A DNA stretch of 32,000 bases, from assembly GCF_936981045.1 (NCBI RefSeq), contig NZ_OW441264.1:90001-122000 (forward strand), given 5' to 3'. Of this stretch, positions 10,883-19,233 are shown in pieces. Source of the stretch: Candidatus Saccharimonadota bacterium. GTDB lineage: Bacteria; Bacteroidota; Bacteroidia; Cytophagales; Amoebophilaceae. The notes under the pieces are model-generated. The model was given only the letters and a program-made list of their open reading frames with translations, was not told the origin of the DNA and did no database searches. Every line of letters begins with the position of its first letter. The first letter of the stretch is position 1. The position numbers and the translations under genes were made by a program.

Positions 10883-11227
10883 TTAACACCCATGTAAAAA
10901 TTGCTTTTTTCCCAGCAATGCTTCTTTCGTTTCTGGGTGATCTAGGTCCAATACACAACAATCTACCGGGCAAACTGCTGCACATTGTGGTTCTTCATAA
11001 AAGCCTACACACTCAGTACATTTATCTGTAACAATATAAAAGGTATCATCCGAATAGGGTGCTTGTGGTAGGGTTGCATCCAATGCTGTTCCTTTTACCT
11101 CGACTGTTTTCAATTGCGTACCTTCAGCCCATTGCCAATCTGTTCCGCCCTCATATATTGCAGTATTAGGGCATTCAACTGCACATGCACCGCAATTGAT
11201 ACATGCTTCTGTTATCCGTAAGGCCAT
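10883..11227 (-). CDS. 4Fe-4S ferredoxin
   Basis: 114 aa with two Cys clusters: CINCGACAVECP and CTECVGFYEEPQCAAVCPVDCC. Confidence 0.9.
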   Translation of the reverse strand: MALRITEACINCGACAVECPNTAIYEGGTDWQWAEGTQLKTVEVKGTALDATLPQAPYSDDTFYIVTDKCTECVGFYEEPQCAAVCPVDCCVLDLDHPETKEALLGKKQFLHGC

Positions 11228-11316
11228 AACTTCTAAAGTTGTTTGTATCTACCGGCTAAATTAATAGAAATAAAAGATTACAGCAAATCCTTTTGTAAGG
11301 TTTGGGTTGACAACTT

Positions 11317-11793
11317 TCAAAGATCTAAACCGATTTTTAAAATTTCCAGTTCAATGATACCAGAGGGGGTATGAACTTGAGCAACCTCTGATACCTTTTT
11401 ACCTAATAGTCCTTTGCCCATAGGGGATTCAACGGATATCTTACCCTGCTTTAGGTCAGCCTCGCCTTGCGAGACAAGCATAAAAACAGATTCTTTGCCT
11501 GTTTTTTTATTCCTAACGCGTGTTTTAGAGAGAATAGAAACGCGGGATACGTCAATTTCACTTTCTTTTAATACTCTAGCATTAGCCACTAAACTTTCTA
11601 AGGCAGCAATCTTTGCTTCTAATAAGCCTTGCGTATCCCTAGCCGCATCATATTCCGCATTTTCACTTAAATCCCCCTTTTTATGCGCTTCTGCCAGATC
11701 ATTGGCTACTCGAATGCGACCTTCGCTTTTTAAACAACTGAGTTCTTTCTTTATGCGCTCTAGCCCTTCTTCTGTATAATAGGTCATTGACAT
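11317..11793 (-). CDS. greA: transcription elongation factor GreA
   Basis: 158 aa. N-terminal coiled coil with GDLSENAEYDAARD. C-terminal FKBP-like domain with ISVESPMGKGLLGKKVSEV. Confidence 0.95.
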   Translation of the reverse strand: MSMTYYTEEGLERIKKELSCLKSEGRIRVANDLAEAHKKGDLSENAEYDAARDTQGLLEAKIAALESLVANARVLKESEIDVSRVSILSKTRVRNKKTGKESVFMLVSQGEADLKQGKISVESPMGKGLLGKKVSEVAQVHTPSGIIELEILKIGLDL

Positions 11794-11908
11794 TCTATGT
11801 TTTTATGGTTGTAATTGTTTTTTACAATGCTAATGGTTCCATTTTTTCAAAATTTTTTCTTGCTATTGTTAGCTATTTATTAAATGAATGCTAGACTTTC
11901 TTGGTTAT

Positions 11909-12073
11909 TTAAAGAAGCATGGATGCAAATAGCAGTAAGAAAGCAATAAATAGCATGATAAACTTATACCCAGCAAGTAGGGGTATTGCTACAATGCCCG
12001 CATGCATGCCTATAGAGAGCAGGGCAATAAGCACTGCTGAAAATCTTGCAATATTTTTCATATTACCTTTCAT
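11909..12073 (-). CDS. small hydrophobic protein (54 aa), copy 1 of tandem pair
   Basis: My translation is MKGNMKNIARFSAVLIALLSIGMHAGIVAIPLLAGYKFIMLFIAFLLLFASMLL. It is too short for the ORF track. The frame is preserved in both duplicate units. An alternative start is at 12061. Confidence 0.35.
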   Translation of the reverse strand: MKGNMKNIARFSAVLIALLSIGMHAGIVAIPLLAGYKFIMLFIAFLLLFASMLL

Positions 12074-12215
12074 ATTAATGATTTTTTTACAAAATTGACA
12101 TTCTATGTTTTATGGTTGTAATTGTTTTTTACAATGCTAATGGTTCCATTTTTTCAAAATTTTTTCTTGCTATTGCTACCTATTTAATTAAACAAATGCT
12201 AGACTTGCTTGGTTA

Positions 12216-12368
12216 TTAAAGAAATATGGATACAAACGGAAGTAAGAAGGCAATAAATAGCATGGTAAGCTTATACCCGGTAAGCATGAGTATTGCTACA
12301 ATGGCCCCATGGATGCCTATAGAGAGCAGGGCAATAAGCACTGCTGAAAATCTTGCAATGGCTTTCAT
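12216..12368 (-). CDS. small hydrophobic protein (50 aa), copy 2 of tandem pair
   Basis: My translation is MKAIARFSAVLIALLSIGIHGAIVAILMLTGYKLTMLFIAFLLPFVSIFL. It is a paralog of the 11909-12073 ORF, and the differences between them are in-frame substitutions. Confidence 0.35.
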   Translation of the reverse strand: MKAIARFSAVLIALLSIGIHGAIVAILMLTGYKLTMLFIAFLLPFVSIFL

Positions 12369-12689
12369 ACTTCTTACAAAAATGATGCTTTCAGGCTTTA
12401 CCTAACCATTTTGTTGCATGCAAACCCAACTCAAAAAATAAGGATATTCTTGGTTGTTTGCTATTAGTGGTACTATAAAGTTGGCTTGGTTTTAGACCAA
12501 AACAAAGTTATCTGTGTTGGCGTGGCCAAAAAGCTAATATAAAAAATAAAAGACTAAAATAATGCATAACCTACAGTTAGATCTAGATAACGTCAATTCT
12601 GGATTAAACTTGTTGTAACCCAGCCATATGTATATTAGTTATAGAAGGTTTTTTCTCTTTTAGTCCATAAGCTGTAATTCCAGCTATTT

Positions 12690-12929
12690 ACGTGAGTTGG
12701 GGATTATATTATTTTTTCATTTGATAATCAATATTAATAAAAATTAATAAAATTTGTTTTATAGACAGTTAAATAGGTAGTTGAATAACAAATAATTCTG
12801 ATAATCAGTTTATTATATATGTTATATTTATAAAATTAGATATAAAAACTTGTTAAATAGGTGCAAATATTAACTAAATAATTGATATTAAATTGTTGTA
12901 AATCAGTCAAATAAATCCCGAACTCACGT
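12690..12929 (-). repeat. 240-bp MITE (MITE-A), copy 1
   Basis: Terminal inverted repeats are ACGTGAGTTGGGGAT ... ATCCCGAACTCACGT. The interior is very AT-rich and non-coding. It is an exact reverse complement of copy 2. Confidence 0.85.
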
Positions 12930-13016
12930 TATTAGATTGACTAGAAAATTAGGTATACTTCTGTATCTGGAATGTTCTATCTGGCTAATATTTTTAAGTT
13001 GATCTATAATAGTTTC

Positions 13017-13256
13017 ACGTGAGTTCGGGATTTATTTGACTGATTTACAACAATTTAATATCAATTATTTAGTTAATATTTGCACCTATTTAACAAGTTT
13101 TTATATCTAATTTTATAAATATAACATATATAATAAACTGATTATCAGAATTATTTGTTATTCAACTACCTATTTAACTGTCTATAAAACAAATTTTATT
13201 AATTTTTATTAATATTGATTATCAAATGAAAAAATAATATAATCCCCAACTCACGT
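13017..13256 (+). repeat. 240-bp MITE (MITE-A), copy 2
   Basis: ACGTGAGTTCGGGATTTATTTGACTG ... AATCCCCAACTCACGT. It is inverted relative to copy 1 and separated from it by an 87-bp unique spacer. Confidence 0.85.
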
Positions 13257-13356
13257 AAATAAGGTAATAATTTGGGCGAAATATTAAACATAATAACTAC
13301 TTTTTTAACTACAGATACTGAAATAATGATTTTTTAGAATAAACGCGACAGAAACC
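13257..13356 (-). mobile_element. left-end fragment of a sister IS6 variant (V1)
   Basis: The reverse complement reads GGTTTCTGTCGCGTTTATTCTAAAAAATCATTATTTCAGTATCTGTAGTTAAAAAAGTAGTTATTATGTTTAATATTTCGCCCAAATTATTACCTTATTT. That is the IRL plus the first codons (MFNISPKLLPY) of a diverged relative. The same variant occurs at 14903-14992 and 30195-30325. Confidence 0.75.
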
Positions 13357-13379
13357 GAAAATATAGACGCGACAGAACC
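13357..13379 (+). repeat. solo right-end IR remnant of the IS6-family element
   Basis: GAAAATATAGACGCGACAGAACC lies directly between fragment V1 and the truncated copy b. Confidence 0.65.
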
Positions 13380-13848
13380 GTAGATCGTTATGGTGATACA
13401 GTTGACTTTTTTCTATCTGATCATAGAGATAAGTCTTCAACGCTTTCTTTTTTTCGCAAGGCGATCACAGAAAATAATATTCCTAAGAAAGTAGTAATTG
13501 ACAAAAGCGGTAGTAATAAAGCTGCCCTTGATGCGATCAATACAGATCTTGATCAAGATCATACCATTCAAATATTTCAAAACAAATATTTGAATAATAG
13601 AGTTGAACAAGATCATAGGTTTATCAAAAAACGGATAAAACCTATGCTGGGTTTTAAGAATTTTTATTCTGCTTCCATTACTATTTCAGGGATAGAAAAC
13701 ATTCGTATGATTCAAAAAGGACAAGTAAGAGGAGCTAAAAATCATCTTTCTACTTTTGAGAACTTTGCTATCTTAATGGCCGCATAATATCCAAAATTTG
13801 ACTTAAACGAAAAACCTATACTAACGAAAATATAGACGCGACAGAACC
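13380..13848 (+). mobile_element. IS6-family element, 5'-truncated copy b (3' 469 bp)
   Basis: It starts mid-gene at (A)VDRYGDTVDFF. The frame is open to the normal stop at 13787 (the ORF-track 13590-13787 piece is part of it). It ends with the right IR at 13848. Confidence 0.9.
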
Positions 13849-14077
13849 ATGCCAACTCTCTGCACACCTATTTGCTTTACTTTGTACATTTACGTGTATT
13901 TTTTAATCAGTTTTTATACAATTCTTACACATTTTACACCAACTTAATCTACATCTACAAAAAAATTAAAACAAAAAATATTGAACATGAGTTCTGTTAA
14001 AAATCAAAAAAATGATTAAATTTAGGGTCTGTTTGCTAAGACGCCTGTTTTAATACCATCATTCAAAAGTATCTTCC

Positions 14078-14887
14078 ATGATGCCTCTACAAAGGATACT
14101 ATATGTTGCAAGTGAGATAGCTCCTTTTTTGGAGACTTCCCTTGTATCAAATTGTGTACGTAAGCTACCCGAAGCCATGCAAAGCAAACAGATTGACGTA
14201 CGGATTGTAGTACCTAAGTTTGGTACGATTAATGACCGTATGAATAGGCTACATGAAGTGTTACGTTTGTCAGGCTCTATTATTTCAATAAATGATACAG
14301 ATCATTACATGTCTGTAAAGGTAGGTACTATACCTAGTACACGGTTACAAGTGTATTTTGTAGATAACGATGATCTATTTGGGCGTAGAAGATCGGTTTT
14401 TGAGGACCAGAACAATAATTTTTTTGAGGACAATGACTTGCGTATGATTTTTTTCTGCACAGGTGTAATGGAAACGCTCAAAAAATTAGAATGGGAGGCA
14501 GACATTGTACATTGTCATGATTGGATAACGGGTCTTATACCTATTTTTTGGAAGAAACTTTACCAAGACCATCTGCTTTTTAGAAAAGCCAAACTGGTTT
14601 TTACCATCTATAACAATACTTTTTCGTACCATTTTCCCTGCTTGGCAGAAAAAATAGCAAAGGCAGGTATTGCCCAGGAAGATGTAGTATGGTTAACCCC
14701 TGGTGGTTTTCGCAACATCATTCAGCTTGCTATGGACTATTCTGATCTAGTATTGCGTGGCGAACCACTGGATGCAATTGAATTCGAAGATTTATTTAAG
14801 GAAAACGAGCTGCCTTGGGTTGAAAACGATGACCAATATCACGAGGGTTACTGGGCAGTCTATAACCGACTACTCTCCTCTACATAA
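14078..14887 (+). CDS. glycogen/starch-synthase-like protein (GT5 N-terminal domain only)
   Basis: 269 aa. ILYVASEIAPFLETS...KLPEAM...DVRIVVPKFG...HCHDW fits the starch-synthase catalytic-domain N-terminus. Short versions of about 270 aa are common in Bacteroidota, as I recall. Confidence 0.7.
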   Translation: MMPLQRILYVASEIAPFLETSLVSNCVRKLPEAMQSKQIDVRIVVPKFGTINDRMNRLHEVLRLSGSIISINDTDHYMSVKVGTIPSTRLQVYFVDNDDLFGRRRSVFEDQNNNFFEDNDLRMIFFCTGVMETLKKLEWEADIVHCHDWITGLIPIFWKKLYQDHLLFRKAKLVFTIYNNTFSYHFPCLAEKIAKAGIAQEDVVWLTPGGFRNIIQLAMDYSDLVLRGEPLDAIEFEDLFKENELPWVENDDQYHEGYWAVYNRLLSST

Positions 14888-14902
14888 GGCATTTCCGTTC
14901 TT

Positions 14903-14992
14903 CTGTATTTAAAAAAGTAGTTATTATGTTTAATATTTCGCCCAAATTATTACCTTATTTTAAAGGCTATTGTTCTTCAGCAGAAGTCATTC
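14903..14992 (+). mobile_element. left-end fragment of sister IS6 variant (V2; IR missing)
   Basis: CTGTATTTAAAAAAGTAGTTATTATGTTTAATATTTCGCCCAAATTATTACCTTATTTTAAAGGCTATTGTTCTTCAGCAGAAGTCATTC. It is cut at exactly the same nucleotide by an IS6 right end as V3 at 30195. Confidence 0.75.
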
Positions 14993-15825
14993 GGTTCTGT
15001 CGCGTCTATAGTTTTCTTAGTATAGGTTTTTCGTTTAAGTCAAATTTTGGATATTATGCGGCCATTAAGATAGCAAAGTTCTCAAAAGTAGAAAGATGAT
15101 TTTTAGCTCCTCTTACTTGTCCTTTTTGAATCATACGAATGTTTTCTATCCCTGAAATAGTAATGGAAGCAGAATAAAAATTCTTAAAACCCAGCATAGG
15201 TTTTATCCGTTTTTTGATAAACCTATGATCTTGTTCAACTCTATTATTCAAATATTTGTTTTGCAATATTTGAATGGTATGATCTTGATCAAGATCTGTA
15301 TTGATCGCATCAAGGGCAGCTTTATTACTACCGCTTTTGTCAATTACTACTTTCTTAGGAATATTATTTTCTGTGATCGCCTTTCGAAAAAAAGAAAGCG
15401 TTGAAGACTTGTCTCTATGATCAGATAGAAAAAAGTCAACTGTATCACCATAACGATCTATTGCTCTATATAAATAGATCTACTTCCCGTTTAGTTTAAC
15501 ATAGGTTTCATCCATTCTCCAACTACTACCAACTGGTCGTTTTCTTTTTCTTACTGCTTTATCTATCAGAGGAACAAACTTAATAACCCATCTCTGTAGC
15601 GTAAAATGATCAACTCTTGCGCCTCTCATACGCATCATCTCTTCCAAATCTCTATAGCTCAAGGAAAAACGACACTTCATGTATACAAATAACAGGATGA
15701 CTTCTGATGAAGAACAATAACCTTTAAAATATGGTAATAACTCGGGAGAAATATTAAACATAATAACTACTTTTTTAAATACCGATACTAAAATAATCAT
15801 TTTTTAGAATAAACGCGACAGAACC
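14993..15825 (-). mobile_element. IS6-family insertion sequence, full-length but decayed copy c (833 bp)
   Basis: Both IRs are present (GGTTCTGTCGCGTCTATAG at 14993, AACGCGACAGAACC ending 15825). The transposase is broken. Confidence 0.9.
15054..15800 (-). pseudogene. IS6-family transposase, inactivated
   Basis: Only ORF pieces survive (15480-15800 N-terminal, 15054-15266 C-terminal). The W codon of NGKWIY is now TAG (15480-15482 region). An S-to-F change is also present. Confidence 0.9.
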
Positions 15826-16126
15826 TCCAATGGTTACCAAATCTCGGCAAAATAATTGGGAACATTTGTCTGGTTATTTTAAGTATTCAGATCCTGTCAG
15901 AAGGCTAATTTATACCACCAATCCTATAGAAAGCTTGCATAGGCAGATTAGGAAGTTTACCAAGACAAAAGGAGCGTTTACCAGTATAAATGCTTTGTAT
16001 AAATTAGTATATTGTGCCATAAAGAAGATCGAGGATAAATGGACTATGCCGCTGCGAAACTGGGCGTTGACCATATCTCAGATAGACATCTTTTTTTCCG
16101 GTAGATTAAAAGAGACGTTGAGATGA
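15826..16126 (+). pseudogene. IS256-family transposase, C-terminal fragment (second, diverged IS256-type element)
   Basis: ...NWEHLSGYFKYSDPVRRLIYTTNPIESLHRQIRKFTKTKGAFTS...KW.. is the conserved IS256 C-terminus. Its 5' part is removed by IS6 copy c, which ends at 15825. Confidence 0.85.
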
Positions 16127-16468
16127 ACAGGAGATGTGACACAGTTTATAGAACACTTCCGAAACGACAGAACCCGGTAAGAATGTACACCATCATTACT
16201 TTTTTTTCTCTGTTATGCACCACAATATACCTTTCTGTTTTATATCTGCATCCGAACTATTTCTTAATTTTAGGAGCTCATGTTTCATAGCATTAAATAA
16301 TATGGCTATTACTGCACTATAATTTTTATCTAGTCTAAGTTGTACATTTGTAACCCTTGTTCTAGCATAATTATATTAGCAGGGGATAAATGACACATAT
16401 TCTAAAAATTTTAACTCCTCTGTTTTAAAGTTGAACAGATACCAAAAAAATCTTAATACATTGCTCTG

Positions 16469-17710
16469 ATGACAGGAGCATATTTTATAATGCAATTGCC
16501 CTATTCATTTTTAATTGTATATACTTTGAACCCAACCAACTTATATCATTATATACTACGTTTTGTTTTGTTTATTACCTGGTTGCTTCCTTGTGTAACA
16601 AAGGCTGCTGCGCAATCTAATGTTAAGTTAGCGACATTTCCAACTACAATCAATACGACTTGCCATCCCTATCCGCGCTCTATACAATTACGGTCTGGGT
16701 TAATGGTACACAACTATAATGAAAAGTCAATCATAGTCATCCCAACTACCATTGATTTAGATATTTTATATATACATTCCTTTTTTGCTAGTCAATTCCA
16801 GTCCTATCCAAGAGTTGGACTATCCTTTTTGATGCCCTATGCGCTTCAAAAAGAGCAGCCACTTAGATTCCCGAACATATGGGGTATCTCGGCTTATATA
16901 GAACTATATCAATCCCATCCTACCCTGTCTACATGGGGGAATAGAATAAGTATTGGTGCAATCAAAGATGGTACAAAGGATCAACCCCACTATAGTTTTA
17001 TAGGCATAAAAGAAATTATCTATCACTGGTTATGGGCACCATCTTGGCAACTTAACTTTGGCATAGGGTTAAATATAAATCAAGCAAACACAACTGATCC
17101 TCTTCATTCCCGCACACAGCCATTGCATAATGCAGACAATGAAAATGATGCTATAAGATTAAAATTGGCTCCTATAGCCACGATAGGGATACGATATATA
17201 ACCCATACAGAACCTTTTTTAAGACGGGGTAACCACCCGATCCATTATAGAAAACGAAAAAGCAGTAGAGTAGACTGTAGTATAGCTGGTAGCAGTAGGA
17301 GGCTAGCAGCAACCAAAGCATACTATTTGATTTTTAGGGGATCTTCATTATTCAGTTTTACTATTAATAGCCATAATGCCTTATTATGCGCCATGGAGTT
17401 AGGATACAACCGGTATAAAAAAGCTTTGTTAAACAATATGCTGCCAGCAGGCGGTATAGAGGTTACCGCATTATTGGGCTATGAAATACGCTACGGACAT
17501 TATTTGTTGCAACTACAACTAGGATATGAAATGACCGATTTAAAAAAACCTACCACACAAACTGCTAACGAGGATAGGTTATTAAGTATATTGAACAGGA
17601 AGTATCATTTTTCTATAAATGTGCAATATATGCTTACAGAACGTTTCTTTGTGGGCATCAGCGCTCGTCATCAGGAAATACCAGCGTTTCGATTGGGCGT
17701 ATCATGGTAA
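16469..17710 (+). CDS. hypothetical protein, possibly an outer-membrane beta-barrel
   Basis: 413-aa ORF with a signal-like segment ...WLLPCVTKAAAQS. Alternating hydrophobic patterns run through it, and it ends in an aromatic residue (FRLGVSW). I recognise no family. The start codon is uncertain. Confidence 0.5.
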   Translation: MTGAYFIMQLPYSFLIVYTLNPTNLYHYILRFVLFITWLLPCVTKAAAQSNVKLATFPTTINTTCHPYPRSIQLRSGLMVHNYNEKSIIVIPTTIDLDILYIHSFFASQFQSYPRVGLSFLMPYALQKEQPLRFPNIWGISAYIELYQSHPTLSTWGNRISIGAIKDGTKDQPHYSFIGIKEIIYHWLWAPSWQLNFGIGLNINQANTTDPLHSRTQPLHNADNENDAIRLKLAPIATIGIRYITHTEPFLRRGNHPIHYRKRKSSRVDCSIAGSSRRLAATKAYYLIFRGSSLFSFTINSHNALLCAMELGYNRYKKALLNNMLPAGGIEVTALLGYEIRYGHYLLQLQLGYEMTDLKKPTTQTANEDRLLSILNRKYHFSINVQYMLTERFFVGISARHQEIPAFRLGVSW

Positions 17711-17792
17711 TTAAATGATTGAATGATATATAAAAAAGTAGTATCTTGCATGCAATAAGATTATATTTAATATTTAATTCAATTATATTTAC

Positions 17793-18059
17793 ATGGCCAA
17801 TCATCAATCAGCTGAAAAACGAATAAGATCGAACCGTACCAAGTATCTTCGCAATCGTTATCAGCTAAAAACATGTAGAACTTTTATGAAAAAGGTTAGT
17901 AAATGTACGGATAAAGCCGCTGCAGAGCAGTTATTGCCTAAGGTTTTTTCTATGTTAGATAAGCTTGCAGCAAAAAACATAATGCACAAAAACAAAAGTG
18001 CCAATAGTAAAGCTAAGCTTGCTAAACATGTAAATAGGCTCACTGTAGCTGTAGTCTAA
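17793..18059 (+). CDS. rpsT: 30S ribosomal protein S20
   Basis: 88 aa, MANHQSAEKRIRSNRTKYLRNR..., basic and helical. A typical bS20. Confidence 0.93.
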   Translation: MANHQSAEKRIRSNRTKYLRNRYQLKTCRTFMKKVSKCTDKAAAEQLLPKVFSMLDKLAAKNIMHKNKSANSKAKLAKHVNRLTVAVV

Positions 18060-18073
18060 ATGATTTAAGTGAT

Positions 18074-18781
18074 ATGGCACGGGAGATATATGTAACTGCT
18101 CCACTCAAAATCCAAGACTGGGCACCGGAAGACCGGCCAAGAGAAAAATTACTACGACAAGGGGCCTCTAGCTTAACCGATGCAGAGCTTTTAGCTGTGC
18201 TTATAGGCTCTGGTACGCGCAACACAAGTGTTGTAGTATTGGCTCAACATGTCTTAAAAACGAATGGCAATAGTCTTCAAGAACTGGCCAAGCGTTCTGT
18301 GCAGGAATTACGGCGGTTTAGGGGTATAGGGGAGGTAAAATCGATTGCTATTGTCTGTGCCATGGAACTTACCCGTAGGCGGCCTTATGAGCCTGCCCAT
18401 AAAAGAGAACTGGTAAACAGCTCTTTTAAAGCTTATAAGCTGCTACAGCCAGATCTAACCGATAAATCTGTAGAAGAGTTTTGGGTCTTGTTGCTCAACA
18501 GGGCAAATTATCTAATCAAGAAAATAAAAATCAGTAGTGGAGGTACAAGTAGAACCATTGTAGATTCTAAATTTCTATTTAGATTAGTGCTAGATCATCA
18601 GACGGTTTCCATTGTATTAGCACACAACCATCCTTCTGGAAATACTACGCCAATCACTACTGATATTGAATTAACCAAGTCTCTTACAAAGGCTGGGGAA
18701 TTACTTGACGTAACGGTTCTAGATCATATTATATTTACAGATAGAAAATACTTCAGTTTTTCTGATGGAGGGATGCTTTGA
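18074..18781 (+). CDS. radC: RadC-like JAB-domain protein
   Basis: 235 aa. N-terminal HhH (PREKLLRQGASSLTDAELLAVLIGSG) and a C-terminal JAMM motif (LAHNHPSGNTTP). It lies 14 nt downstream of rpsT. Confidence 0.92.
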   Translation: MAREIYVTAPLKIQDWAPEDRPREKLLRQGASSLTDAELLAVLIGSGTRNTSVVVLAQHVLKTNGNSLQELAKRSVQELRRFRGIGEVKSIAIVCAMELTRRRPYEPAHKRELVNSSFKAYKLLQPDLTDKSVEEFWVLLLNRANYLIKKIKISSGGTSRTIVDSKFLFRLVLDHQTVSIVLAHNHPSGNTTPITTDIELTKSLTKAGELLDVTVLDHIIFTDRKYFSFSDGGML

Positions 18782-18913
18782 CCCCATATATAACATGCAA
18801 ACAACCATCTTTCTCTATAGATAAGTGGTCATCTGTTCGTTATCCTTGTAGGAAGTTGGTCTATATGTTTGCGTCTATCCCTTTCCTTTCTAAACATAGA
18901 AAGCAACATAATA

Positions 18914-19153
18914 ACGTGAGTTTGGGATTTATTTGACTGATTTACAACAATTTAATATCAATTATTTAGTTAATATTTGCACCTATTTAACAAGTTTTTA
19001 TATCTAATTTTATAAATATAATATATATAATAAACTGATTATCAGAATTATTTGTTATTCAACTACCTATTTAACTGTCTATAAGACAAATTTTATAAAT
19101 TTTTATTAATATTGATTATCAAATGAAAAAATAATCTAATCCCGAACTCACGT
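18914..19153 (+). repeat. 240-bp MITE (MITE-A), copy 3
   Basis: ACGTGAGTTTGGGATTTATTTGACTG ... TAATCCCGAACTCACGT. It shows a few substitutions relative to copies 1/2 and ends 80 nt upstream of the typA start. Confidence 0.85.
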
Positions 19154-19233
19154 TAATACATCAACTTCTCTTTTTTAGATTAGCATTATTTAAAATACCA
19201 GTAGCCTAAAAACCCATTAAATTAAAAGATTTC

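Larger units (their letters stand above)
11786..12390. repeat. tandem duplication, 2 units of about 300 bp (period 308 bp)
   Basis: ATTGACATTCTATGTTTT(T)ATGGTTGTAATTGTTTTTTACAATGCTAATGGTTCC... at 11786 recurs at 12094. The units stay alignable (about 85-90% by eye) through the small ORFs. Unit 1 begins with the greA start codon. Confidence 0.85.

Noticed and set aside
11414-11779. ORF 11414-11779 (+), 121 aa.
   Set aside because: It is entirely antisense to greA, with a Ser/Leu-rich shadow translation.
12690-12704. The MITE-A terminal repeat GAGTTCGGGAT superficially resembles a tRNA T-arm (GGTTCGAATCC).
   Set aside because: There is no acceptor stem, D-arm or anticodon arm around any copy, and the interior is 240 bp of AT-rich sequence. 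It is not a tRNA or a tRNA-derived SINE that I can support.
14305-14505. ORF 14305-14505 (-).
   Set aside because: It is antisense to the glycogen-synthase-like gene.
14078-14992. The glycogen-synthase-like gene looks truncated (269 aa, GT5 N-domain only) next to an IS fragment.
   Set aside because: The ORF has its own stop (14885-14887) 15 nt before the IS fragment begins. As I recall, stand-alone versions of about 270 aa of this family are widespread in Bacteroidota, so IS truncation is not supported.
16140-16165. GAAACGACAGAACCC downstream of the IS256 fragment resembles the IS6 IR (ACGCGACAGAACC).
   Set aside because: Only about 11 of 13 nt match, with no adjoining IS-internal sequence. 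It may be a very short scar or the end of the IS256-type element, and I cannot distinguish these.
17861-18225. ORFs 17861-18043 and 18040-18225 (-).
   Set aside because: They are antisense to rpsT and radC.
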